A DNA stretch of 63,718 nt, filler included, from Chiloscyllium plagiosum (GCF_004010195.1; 4 parts of one record of this genome joined end to end with filler, not necessarily neighbours in it); one strand, 5' to 3'; positions 38,301 through 49,863 are shown, numbered from the whole stretch's first letter. A program made the numbers and translations. The notes: a model not told the origin generated them from the letters alone.

Positions 38301-40249
38301 TGAGTAATGTAAAGTCAGCAGTTGACAATTTGTAATAACATTAATGGAGTTAAAATAGTAATTTTGACGTCATACAAAGTTAGTTAGAGGAATAAATGAT
38401 GTATCTGTAAACCTTGAGGCTAGTTTACAATAGGCTGTTGGTACAGAATGTTTTGATTTCAGTAAAGTTGTCAAAGTAGCATCTTGCTCTCTAGCCAAGA
38501 CATTAAGCTCTTACATCTTAACCCTTTTCTTCTGGTCCAGCTTCCATTCTTCCATCTGCCTGATGAGGATGGCTTGCTGTAAATTCTCATGGGAAATGTC
38601 CAATACGAACTGCTTCCGACATGATCTGCAGTTCCACAAACTTTTCATGGGGTAGAGGGCGGTATTTTACTTTCTCTGTCAATTAAGTGACTTATCCAAT
38701 GACCGCATGAAACTGCTCACGAGATATTGGTGTCATCTACAAACATGCAAACTGTTCCTCATTTTCTCAAATCCAAATCGGTCATGTAAACTACAAATGC
38801 CTGCAGTCGGAAAACAATCCGCCCCTATACCTTGATTTCCTATGTTCAAGCTAACTTTGCATACAACTGGCTATCTCTCCCTGAATTCCAGGCGATCGAC
38901 CCTTGTTAGCCAGCCTATGCCGAGAAACGTCTCGGAAACCTCACTGAGTCCGTATGGACAACGTTCACTAGTCTGCGTTCATCAACNNNNNNNNNNNNNN
39001 NNNNNNNNNNNNNNNNNNNNNNNNNNNNNNNNNNNNNNNNNNNNNNNNNNNNNNNNNNNNNNNNNNNNNNNNNNNNNNNNNNNNNNNNNNNNNNNNNNNN
39101 NNNNNNNNNNNNNNNNNNNNNNNNNNNNNNNNNNNNNNNNNNNNNNNNNNNNNNNNNNNNNNNNNNNNNNNNNNNNNNNNNNNNNNNNNNNNNNNNNNNN
39201 NNNNNNNNNNNNNNNNNNNNNNNNNNNNNNNNNNNNNNNNNNNNNNNNNNNNNNNNNNNNNNNNNNNNNNNNNNNNNNNNNNNNNNNNNNNNNNNNNNNN
39301 NNNNNNNNNNNNNNNNNNNNNNNNNNNNNNNNNNNNNNNNNNNNNNNNNNNNNNNNNNNNNNNNNNNNNNNNNNNNNNNNNNNNNNNNNNNNNNNNNNNN
39401 NNNNNNNNNNNNNNNNNNNNNNNNNNNNNNNNNNNNNNNNNNNNNNNNNNNNNNNNNNNNNNNNNNNNNNNNNNNNNNNNNNNNNNNNNNNNNNNNNNNN
39501 NNNNNNNNNNNNNNNNNNNNNNNNNNNNNNNNNNNNNNNNNNNNNNNNNNNNNNNNNNNNNNNNNNNNNNNNNNNNNNNNNNNNNNNNNNNNNNNNNNNN
39601 NNNNNNNNNNNNNNNNNNNNNNNNNNNNNNNNNNNNNNNNNNNNNNNNNNNNNNNNNNNNNNNNNNNNNNNNNNNNNNNNNNNNNNNNNNNNNNNNNNNN
39701 NNNNNNNNNNNNNTGAGTTACATTTTTGCCCTTAATGTATTAACAGTATCGCTTTGCATTCTCCTTGACCCTATTTGCCAAAGTCTTCTTCTGTCTTGTG
39801 TGCCAATTTTCTCGTCCTGATTTCCCTCTTGAGAATACTCCTACTGCCCTTCTACTCTTTGATGGATTCAGCCGATGCCTGATGTGTATACCTGACACAT
39901 TCTTCCTTCCTTTTCTTGACCAGACACTAAATTTCTCTGAGAATCCTGTATTCCCTACATCTGCCATCCTTAGCCTGCTCATGATCAGGAATATACTGCT
40001 TCTGGACTCTCAATACCTCACGTGTGGTAGCTTTCCATTATCCAAATGTCCTTATACCTGTCATTAGCCTCTCTCAAAGTGCTTTTCAAAGGCCTTGCCA
40101 AATAGATGCAAAATTTTCCTTATTGAATTCAGATAGTTAGCATTTACAGCATGTGTATCATTTTCCATAACTATTTTAAATTTGATAAGTATTGCCTAAC
40201 ACTCTTGAGAAGGCAGAAAACTCCCGATGTCATCTGTAACAAGCTCCAG

Positions 40250-40500
40250 GGGCTCAATGGTCTCCTCCTGCTCATGTGTAACAGACAGGAGAGGCTGAAA
40301 GTCATCTTCTGTTCCTTTTGTTACAGACTCGAGAAATGAACGAGCTTCTCCTGTTCATCTATAACAGACTCGAGAAGCTGAATGACCTCCTCCTGTTCCT
40401 GTGTAACTGACCCGAGAAGCTGATTGGCCTTCTCCTGTTCCTGTGTAACTGACCCGAAAAGCTGAATGGCCTTCTCCTATCCCTCTCTAACAGGCCCGAG
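40250..40500. repeat. 42-bp minisatellite (about 6 diverged units)
   Basis: ctgtgtaactgacccgagaagctgattggccttctcctgttc at 40399 and again at 40441, with more diverged units on either side. Confidence 0.88.
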
Positions 40501-41396
40501 ACATGAAATGTCACAGTAACCTGTGTATTGTCAGCAGCCAGGAAACTGCATCGGATGTAAGTCGCACCCTTCTCAGTAACGGTAACACAAACAACACAGC
40601 ACAATCCAAGTGCCCTCTCAGTGAGTCCTCATACGGCTGGAATAACACTTCTCTATGTTTTTAATGATTCTGATTGCAAAATGTGTGACCATTCAAGATT
40701 TCCACATCCTCAAAATGTAAAAGGCACGAGTGAACTGAATGCCATCCTTCTTTCCTTTTGGAAGAGGAACACGGGGAAAAATGCTTTCCCCTCTTCCCAA
40801 GCAGCAGCCTACATTCTTTGAATGATGTTTCAATGCTATGAAAAAAATTGATAACGGAGCACGTCAAACTGGGAGTAGTTTTGCACAAAGTCAACGGGCA
40901 ACAAAATTATTACCCTGATTTATGATCTCCAGAAACTTGTTCAACCGTCATTTTATGTAACTGCTCTGTTATTTTATCCCTGCCTTCTTTTCTAATTAAG
41001 ATATAACATGCACAACCCCGCAGTGTTTTGGCACTACTCCCACATAGAAGGAAGAAGGATTACAAAGATTGAAAAATGTATTGTCCATGCCTCAACAAAC
41101 CTCACACATTCCTCCCGACCAAGTAAATACTCCCATTTATTGTGATATGAAAAATGATGCATGGAAGGGTTTAATTGAACCTGTTTGCGCAGTAATTGTG
41201 ATTAATGTCAGTCTTCATGGATTCTAATTATCCCAGTGGAGGGTTTCCATCTTTGAAATATAATTGGGCTGCGTTCGATATCTTATCCCATAATATGAGC
41301 AGAAGCAGCAGCTGCAGTACTAATACGTTCAGCAGCAACAGAAGGAGAGGGAAGACAGATTAGAATCTGAGAACAATAGATCGGAAAATTAAAACA
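40500..41396 (+). promoter_or_regulatory. Conserved upstream region of GPCR paralog B
   Basis: Colinear inverted homology with 553-1420. Regulatory function is inferred from position only. Confidence 0.6.
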
Positions 41397-41661
41397 ATGG
41401 ATCAGAATTCGAGAAATTTAGACTGGAATTCTCCAACAGTGTCTCAGAATCTGAGAACAATAAATTGGAATGTTACTACAATGGGTCAAAATCTGAAAAC
41501 ATCAGAATGGAATGTTACAATAATGGAAAGGAGTTTATCGGAGGATGTTTGGTATTTTTCTATATATTATACAAGAAGGCCATTATCATGGCAAATCCAA
41601 TATGCACTTTTGATTCTTCAATACTTTTATTATCCTATCTTGGCTGTTGTTGGTGTCCCTG
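41397..41661 (+). CDS. First coding exon of a GPR139/GPR142-like class A GPCR (paralog B): repeat-containing N-terminus and first part of TM1
   Basis: 88 codons MDQNSRNLDWNSPT-VSQNLRTINWNVTT-MGQNLKTSEWNVTI-MERSL..LQYFYYPILAVVGVP, good start context (acaATGG), upstream in-frame TAG, consensus phase-1 donor CCTG|GTAAGT. I did not find the downstream exon in the window. Confidence 0.82.
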
Positions 41662-42896
41662 GTAAGTCTCACTGCTCATTTTGTATTTCTATAAATCATT
41701 TTTAATTCTGTTACTGCTCTTCTAATTTACTCAACATTCATTACTGCGGTTATTGTTTCCACTGAGAAACTGAAATCAATATTCATTCTACAAACCACGA
41801 CTCCCTGCATGTGTGAACTTTATCATTCACTCTCTGGCGGTTTGCTTCTGCCAGTGTAATTGGTGTGACTCGATATTGAGAATACCAGTTTACCTGTGAA
41901 CCACGATTCATTCTGTCATTGTCCTCGTTACTTACATATTGGGCACATGTATTCAGTTGTGTTTATTTTCTAATTTCTTTTGTCTGATTCCATCCCATCC
42001 CTGATTCCTGATCATGTACAATTTTAACTACCCAGTATACCAGAATATAGTTCATTGTCTCATCCCATCTGCTATTTAAATTGTGAGCTATGAAATGCAG
42101 TCTTAATGATGCCACTGCTGACGCTCCCAGCTTCAAACCTGGATCAGCAAATCTGAATCCATGGCTCATATCCAAAGTGTCATCAAAATCCATCCATCAT
42201 TCCTGTGTGTACTGTTATTGTGTCTGGCAATGGTTTTATTTTAATTTTAATATTCTCAAGCAAAATATTCCTATGCACTGATATCAATGGGGCCACTGGG
42301 CATACCAGAAATTAGACCGTTAGGATGATGCAGCAGCACTTCCAAAGTCAGCATGAACCTGCAACACACACTGTATTACTAAGTCCTGTAATCTTTCTCC
42401 ATTTCAGTGGCATAGTGCATTTTTCCTATGTGATATTCCATTTGGCACATTGTTGTCCACGGACAAATTTATCCATAACCATTTTGAAGCCGTCCAACTT
42501 TACTTGATAATTATATTCCCTGCTTATCTTAGTGTCATCGCAATCTTTGTTACAGCATATCGATTTCACTCCTCTAAATTAATGACAAAAATGTTAAACA
42601 ACTGAGGAGCCAATATTTCTCACTGTATAACTCCAATTCTTAAGTTCTGTCAAACTCATCCTGACTGTTTTATTCTAAATATCTGCTTCCCATTTCACAG
42701 CAGTTCTCCCATATTCCTGTGCAGCACATCTGAAAGGCTGAATAATGTCAAGGAGGATCAGTGCAATAAGGGAATTTCCTCATCTCTGGATTCAAACTCG
42801 TGGACCTCTTCTGAACTGCCTCTGAAAAATGTATATCCTGCAATTTATTGCTCCAAATCTGTACAGAATACACCAGTTGCAATCTCACGAATGCCT

Positions 42897-43947
42897 GTTG
42901 TGGTTCTGTTCACCGAGCTGGGAATTTGTGTTGCAGACATTTCATCACCCTGTCTAGGTGACATTCTCAGTGCTTGGGAGTTTCCTGTGAAGCGCTTCTG
43001 TGATGTTTCCTCCGGCATTTATAGTGTTTTGAATCTGCCGCTTCCGGTTGTCAGTTCCAGCTGTCCGCTGCAGTGGCCGGTATATTGATCCAGGTCGATG
43101 CGTCTGTTGATAGAATCTGTGGTTGAGTGCCATGCCTCTAGGAATTCCTTAGCTGTTCTCTGTTTGGCTTGTCCTATGATAGTAGTGTTGTCCCAGTCGA
43201 ACTCATGTTGCTTGTCACCTGAGGGTGTGGCTACTAAGGATAGATCGCCGTGTCGTTTCGTGGCTAGTTCGTGTTCATGGATGCGGATCTAGGACGAGCC
43301 ACACTACCATACATCAAGGGCATTTCCGAGCTGACAGCCAGACTACTGCGACCACGAGGACTCATAACAGCACACAAACCAACAGCAACTCTCAGACAAC
43401 AACTAACCAGAACGAAGGACCCGATAACCAGCATGAGCAAAACCAATGTAGTGTACAAAATCCCATGCAAGGACTGTACGAAACACTACATAGGACAAAC
43501 AGGAAGACAGCTAACGATCCGCATCCATGAACACCAACCAGTCACGAAACAACATGACCAGCTATCCTTAGTAGCCACACACTCAGATGAAAAGCAACAT
43601 GAGTTGCACTGGGATAATACTATTATCATAGGACAAGCCAAACAGAGAACGGCCAGGGAATTCCTAGAGGCATGGCACTCATCAACAGATTCTATGAACA
43701 AACGCATCGACCTGGACCCAATATACCGGCCCCTGCAGTGGGCAGCTGGAACTGACAACCGGAAGCGGCAGAGATGAACCACTATAAATGCGGAGGAAAC
43801 GTCACAGAAGCGCTTCACAGGAGGATCCCCAAGCACTGAGGATGCCACCTAGACAAGGGACGAAACGTCTGGAACACAAATTCCCAGCTCGGCGAACAGA
43901 ACCACAACAACGAGCACCCGAGCAACAAATCTTCTCAAAAACATTGA
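42897..43947. mobile_element. Penelope-like element, inverted pair (minus 42897-43290, plus 43290-43947)
   Basis: The two halves are reverse complements over the GIY-YIG 3' part and terminal repeat; probable TSD tcacgaatgcct (42885-42896) / tcacaaatgcct (43948-43959). Confidence 0.92.
43293..43777 (+). CDS. 5'-truncated but open reading frame of a Penelope GIY-YIG endonuclease domain
   Basis: TLPYIKGISE..NVVYKIPCKDCTKHYIGQTGRQLTIRIHEH..AREFLEAW..N. It is a transposon fragment with no RT upstream. Confidence 0.8.
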
Positions 43948-43959
43948 TCACAAATGCCT

Positions 43960-44800
43960 TGCATAATTGCAGGAACACAACCCTACTTTTATACTCTATT
44001 TTATAGAAATAAAAGTGCCGAAATTGCACTTGCCCTACTGATTTTGTGCTGTAAAAGCATACAAGTCTTCTGTGACATGCATAAGGAAACCCAGATCCCT
44101 CTGCAGATAAGTACTCTGTTATTTCTCTACATTCAGATATTAAGTTGTCTTCTTATTCCTCTGACCGACATGGTTAAATCCATAATTATCACTGTAAATT
44201 TCATCTTCCAAATTTTGCCCCATTCATCTCTATTATCCTTATCCATTTGCAAATTTCGTATATCTTCATTGCAACCTACTTTCCCATCTATTTCAGTGTC
44301 ATCCGAAAATTTAACTAAAGTACTTTTTAACCTCTTATCCAAGTGATAAGTTGTATGAAAATAGTTGGTGCCTGAGGAATGAACAGAATGCCAGCTTACA
44401 ACACATATTATGCAAACCAGAACAGAAACGATGTATTTCGTCCAATTTTCTCCCGCCAATCCTCCATCAAAGATAACAATTACTCCGAACCACATGTTAT
44501 CTAATAATACAACTTACTCTTTTGTGAGGCACACTGTGCAATAATATGCAGAAACATTGTATCTTCAAGATCCACGTTATTCAACTTTTTAAAGAAATCA
44601 GGCAAATAATTCAAACATGATTTATCCTTCACATATTCATGTTGATTCTGATAGATTGTGATTTGACTTTGCACATCTGTTCTTAACTCTTCAGTAATGA
44701 ATTCTAATATTTTGATTTAAATTACAACAGCTTGCTCAGAGCTTCTTATTCACCAATGCTGATGAATGCTCTAAATTCTTCCCTTTCTATATGCTCTATT
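43960..44800 (-). mobile_element. Old CR1 RT fragment
   Basis: ORF TLVKFSDDTEIDGKV..LQMDKD..WGKIWKMKF. Confidence 0.75.
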
Positions 44801-44809
44801 ATCTTTCAA

Positions 44810-45370
44810 TTCTTGAAGTTGTGGGTACACCTTTTAGGACAATTAAAAGCAGCACAGCCGCACCATTTTGTCTCAATAAGGTAACAATATACATAACACG
44901 AAGTTGAGCAAATCGTATCGTTCATTATCTGGAGACAGTAACAAATTCGAATTCGGCCAACGAGTTTAAATTATACCCCCATAAAAATACCAATTTCTGA
45001 TCAAATTTGAATTGTGTATATTCACAATCTTAAATGACAATGGCACAAACCAAATGCTGTGGGGTATGACAGCAGGGGAAAATTGAACAGTTGAGAAGAG
45101 AACAGCCAGGTCCTAGTATGTCTCTCTTCAAAGTATCTTTTCGATCAGTAACCTGTAACGCAGAATTTCCCAACAAGGAGAAAAGAAGATACAGGAAGAT
45201 TCGAAGACAAGAGCCGACAGCTGTATGATTTTGAGATAAGAAGTTTTGTTTTGTAAATTATTATTGGGAGTTTTATTAGATTAGTATTATTGAAGGAAAT
45301 GCAAAAGATAGGTTGGAGAAAAAATTGTAAATAATGTTTCGTTAATTATTCCCTGTTATACTTGGAGAAA
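44810..45370 (+). mobile_element. LTR, same family as 62801-63502, cut by a gap
   Basis: Shared blocks gtttaaattata..aaaaataccaa, ggggtat..aggggaaaattgaacagttg, atcagtaacctgt and gttaattatt. Confidence 0.8.
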
Positions 45371-46208
45371 NNNNNNNNNNNNNNNNNNNNNNNNNNNNNN
45401 NNNNNNNNNNNNNNNNNNNNNNNNNNNNNNNNNNNNNNNNNNNNNNNNNNNNNNNNNNNNNNNNNNNNNNNNNNNNNNNNNNNNNNNNNNNNNNNNNNNN
45501 NNNNNNNNNNNNNNNNNNNNNNNNNNNNNNNNNNNNNNNNNNNNNNNNNNNNNNNNNNNNNNNNNNNNNNNNNNNNNNNNNNNNNNNNNNNNNNNNNNNN
45601 NNNNNNNNNNNNNNNNNNNNNNNNNNNNNNNNNNNNNNNNNNNNNNNNNNNNNNNNNNNNNNNNNNNNNNNNNNNNNNNNNNNNNNNNNNNNNNNNNNNN
45701 NNNNNNNNNNNNNNNNNNNNNNNNNNNNNNNNNNNNNNNNNNNNNNNNNNNNNNNNNNNNNNNNNNNNNNNNNNNNNNNNNNNNNNNNNNNNNNNNNNNN
45801 NNNNNNNNNNNNNNNNNNNNNNNNNNNNNNNNNNNNNNNNNNNNNNNNNNNNNNNNNNNNNNNNNNNNNNTCATTACACTGGCCAATGTCAAAAAAGACG
45901 TTTTTCAGTTTCGTGGACCATTCCTGGGATCCAGAAAGTTGAGGAATATTGCAAACAAAATCATTAATCATTAACTCTGTAATCTCTTATTTTAAAACTG
46001 CTGCTGGTGTATCAACTTATAGAATTATTTGGTGGTCATAAGCCTTGTTCCTTGAGTTCGAGGCAGTTCGAAAACTTACCTTCCATTACAATCTTTCAAT
46101 TATCTTTTTTTTAACTTGTCGTGACATCCTTTATGAGGATCAATGCAAAACACTTAATTAATTACCTGCTGTTTTCTCTAACCAACTCACAAGTCACATC
46201 CTCCAAGT

Positions 46209-46421
46209 TAGGTAAAAACAATGACTGCAGATGCTGGAAACCAGATTCTGGATTAGTGGTGCTGGAAGAGCACAGCAATTCAGGCAGCATCCGAGGACAG
46301 GCAAAATCGACGTTTCGGGCAAAAGCCCTTCATCAGGAATAAAGGGCTTTTGCCCGAAACGTCGATTTTGCCTGTCCTCGGATGCTGCCTGAATTGCTGT
46401 GCTCTTCCAGCACCACTAATC
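46209..46421. mobile_element. Young palindromic Neptune-type terminal-repeat insertion (second subfamily) with 14-bp TSD
   Basis: Perfect inverted arms; TSD cacatcctccaagt at 46195-46208 and 46422-46435. Confidence 0.93.
46305..46340 (-). ncRNA. Minimal hammerhead ribozyme motif (predicted)
   Basis: AUUC-CUGAUGA-A-GGGC(UUUU)GCCC-GAAA-CG-UC|GAUU, with the canonical CUGAUGA core. Confidence 0.65.
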
Positions 46422-47089
46422 CACATCCTCCAAGTGTCGCACACATATTTTTATGTCTCGCTTTCTTCGAAGTGCCCAGTATTCATCTTGAAAGATTTTT
46501 AATGTAAACGAAAAGTTGTTTCTGCTTGATCCTACGTTTCTTGGCAGTTTTCCTTCATAATATGTTTTCACTTAAAACAATCTACCTCTAATTCCAAAAG
46601 AAGCAGCCTAAATCTGTCCTGAAGTAATTCTCGCCACTTTGAATTCTTTAGATTACGTTTGGAACTTTTCTTGATCGCCTGTGGGAATGATATGCAGTTC
46701 TTCTTCCAATCAAGTCCTTCCATTTTGACGAGAGTAAACCATTACTCAGCATTATGGAATGTTTGCTTAAATGTCTTTCGCTGAACTTCCACTAACCTTT
46801 ACCCGAATCTATTATCACATTTTGATTTCAAAAAGATGTAATACAAAAAGCTGCAATTGAGCTGCCTGCTACTTTTCAATTATTTAGAAGAACTTCTGCG
46901 TGTACTGAACACATGATCATTGGGGCGTGACTACATTTTCCTATTTTCTGCATCTCCATCACAAATACAACAATGTGTTCCAAATTCCAAAGGGAAGCCA
47001 CCGAAATAGCCTCATTTTCCTGCAAACGAGTAATTCTCAAAACTTCAATAGGCAGGACCCCCAGCTATCAGTGACGCATCACCAACGCT

Positions 47090-48060
47090 TCCGCCTTAAC
47101 TGTTCCCCTTCCTTTCCAGAAAAAATGATACAGACCCCTTGTTTTCAGTTTTCAATACACGGGAATAACATTCACAGAATTATTCTCCCCCATTTCCAGC
47201 AGTTCCAGCAAGATAGCACGGACAAACGCATACATTTTTTCCTCCAGTCCACTGTCATAATTTCACAGGGACCTTTCCTCCTTTGACGCTTCTATCATCT
47301 CAAACACTTACCCACTTCCAACTGCAGCTTCGCATGCATTTAAATAAGGTGCAACGTTTGCTTATTCAACTCTTCCTTCCTTTCATGCTCACATTTCGAT
47401 CCTGCACCGCTGATATGTTCAAATTACGTACAACCCAAACTAGACTTCATTTCACTTTACTTATTGGTACTTTACAGCCTGTAATACTTAATGTTAACTA
47501 CCATAACTTGACATCCAGACCTTACTTTCTCCGTTTTTGCAATTTTTCATGTGATCTCCACCCTGATCTCCGTATGACCTTGACTTGTTTGACTCTTGCT
47601 TATCTTGCACTCAATAGTTAAAATTTAATTCCCTCATTCACACCTTCATTAACACGCATTTTACATCTGTTTCTCTTTCACAACAAATATGTCTTTTGTA
47701 CTGCCCTTCCACCCCCTATGTATCCTATCACCATCTCCTCCACCGATGTAAAAGGATTAAAAACGAATTTTCCAACTCTTTTCAGTTCTGAACAAGAGTC
47801 ACGCTGAACTTGAAACATGTGTTTCTTTGTCTCCACAAGTGCTACCAGACATACGGATTTTTTTTTTCAGAAATGAAGAGGCATAGAAGAAATTTTCAAT
47901 TAAACAAAGAACTGGCGATGATGGAAGTCAGAAGCAAGAACAAAAATTGCTGCAGAAACTGGAAGCTTTGAAGAAGAGTCGCTAGACCCGAAGGATTAGC
48001 AACTTTCACTCTACAGATGCTGCCACACCTTCTGAGTTTCTCCAGCAATTTTTCTTGTCG
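47090..48060 (+). mobile_element. Highly decayed Neptune-type Penelope element and adjacent decayed palindromic repeat
   Basis: LIGTLQPVILNVNY motif; pyrimidine-rich tail, then ctgaacaagagtc..gaaacatg (about 47788) and tgaagaagagtcgctagacccgaa (about 47968). Confidence 0.6.
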
Positions 48061-48864
48061 ACAAAGTATCAAAGAGATGTGTTAAAATCATTCAAACAGA
48101 ATGTCCAATATGGAGCAACATAGACCAGGTGTTGAACGATAGTGCATAAATTCATTGGTCGAAAACTATTTCGGTGGGCGTCACTGAAACCAGTGACTGT
48201 TCATCTCTATCAGGGAGAAATACAGAGGGGAGCGCTCGGACGATGACACAGACGTTGGCACGACTGGAAGAGAAAAAAATCACATGAATATGTTAAAGGG
48301 TTTTGAGGAATGTGACAACTGGGAGGCATAACACCAAAGAGAGATCCTCACAGGAACGATAGCATTAAAATGGAAGTGGGTCTACATCAGAAAACAAAGT
48401 AGATAACTGTATACAGGGGTGAAGGGTAAATGGAATTCGGTGTGAATTGGGAGACCAGTAGCATTGGAGATATTGCAAATCCAAAATGGGAATACAATTG
48501 ATGCAGTAGAACAGATCAGCAACAGAATTGAATTCATCAACAATCTGCTTTCTTTGCCCAGGATAATCCGTCGATTTCCCTTTATTATCAAGTCGCTTTC
48601 TAGTTTTGTGACAAACATGGGTCAAACATTCAGGGTCAGAAACATGTGTACCTAAAGCTGAGTAAAACCTGTTAAATGAAGCATACTGCTTGCATTCGAA
48701 ACAGCAGAACTAACATAAGTTAGAAAACGAAATGAACCCAAAACCATCACAAAACCAAACCAATCACAAACCTATGGTTAAAAAAAGACTTAGTAGCAGA
48801 GAGACCTTCACAAATAACTCCATCCTAAATAATGGGAAAGCTCTGTGCATCATTTTGTAGCTGA

Positions 48865-49020
48865 GGAATATGGTGCTGAAAAAAGCACAGCCTGTCAGGC
48901 AGCATCCGAGGAGCAGGAGAAACAAGGTTTCAAGCATAAGCCCTTCCTGAGGATATGCTTTTCCAGTATCAAACTCCTAAGCTCTGATGTGGAGCATCTG
49001 CAATCCTTACGTTCTCCTAC
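48865..49020. mobile_element. Decayed Neptune-type palindromic repeat
   Basis: ggtgctgaaaaaagcacagcctgtcaggcagcatccgaggagcagg... and right arm agcatctgcaatcctt. Confidence 0.7.
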
Positions 49021-49059
49021 AATATTTTAAAACAAGGATGGTGTCTCTGCACCATCCTC

Positions 49060-49480
49060 ACCCCGATTGTTTAAGTGGATGATCCCTATCATGATGGCCA
49101 CAGTATCAGATGTCTGCTTTCAATGAAATCGATTCACGACACGTGATATCAAGAAACAGTTGAGCGTAATACATATAATAAAGGCATTAGGCCCTGACAC
49201 GAATTTCTGTAACCGGACTGAAGTATTGTGCTGCACAACAAGCCGTGCCCTTGTAGAAGTTTTTTTCATTCCAGGTCTCACATTGACATCTAGCTGGCAA
49301 TATGAAAAAAAGCTTAAATATTTCCCGTACCCCAAGAGGAGAAAAACTATAATCTGAACAAATGCCACCCCCTCAGTCTCGTCACGATAGTCAAATGGTG
49401 AAGAATCTTTTTGGAAGAGGTATCAAGCAGCACAGAAATAACCTGTTCAGTGTAGATTCCAACAGGTCCCCATTCGGAAA
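49060..49480 (+). mobile_element. Non-LTR retrotransposon ORF2 fragment (CR1/L2-group, pre-RT region)
   Basis: Remnant IRFTTRDIKKQL..KALGPD and a NATPSVS (NYRPISL-like) segment. Confidence 0.6.
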
Positions 49481-49489
49481 CGGTGCTGT

Positions 49490-49763
49490 CCTGGAGATGT
49501 CACTGGATTGCTAATCCTGACCAAGCTAATTCTCTGGCAGATGGTGGAAGTTAAAAAGCAAATATTAAACTATCGAAATCTAAATTCTGGTATCAGCAAT
49601 AGTGATTTTGGAGCTAATGTCAATTGCAAACAACGATTCCCTTCATTAATATACTTTTAGGAAGCAAATCGACTGTGCTATTTTGGTCTGGTCTAAAAGA
49701 GACTCCAGACATACAAACATGTTACAATATCGACAATGGTCTTTGAAACGGTCAAGCAAGACT
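49490..49763 (+). mobile_element. Second SINE-like family copy
   Basis: ggcagatggtggaa..tttaggaagcaaatc..tggtctggtcta..gactccagac shared with 59410-59660. Confidence 0.6.
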
Positions 49764-49863
49764 NNNNNNNNNNNNNNNNNNNNNNNNNNNNNNNNNNNNN
49801 NNNNNNNTTAATTAATTAANNNNNNNNNNNNNNNNNNNNNNNNNNNNNNNNNNNNNNNNNNNN
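49764..49863. other. Assembly gap with artificial linker
   Basis: N run containing TTAATTAATTAA at 49808-49819. Confidence 0.97.

Noticed and set aside
38842..39735. Long ORFs of 178-297 aa here and at 45342-45971 and 51907-52570
   Set aside because: Artefacts of N runs translated as X.
40250..40500. CRISPR-like periodicity in the 42-bp arrays
   Set aside because: Units are contiguous with no unique spacers, there are no cas genes and the context is vertebrate.
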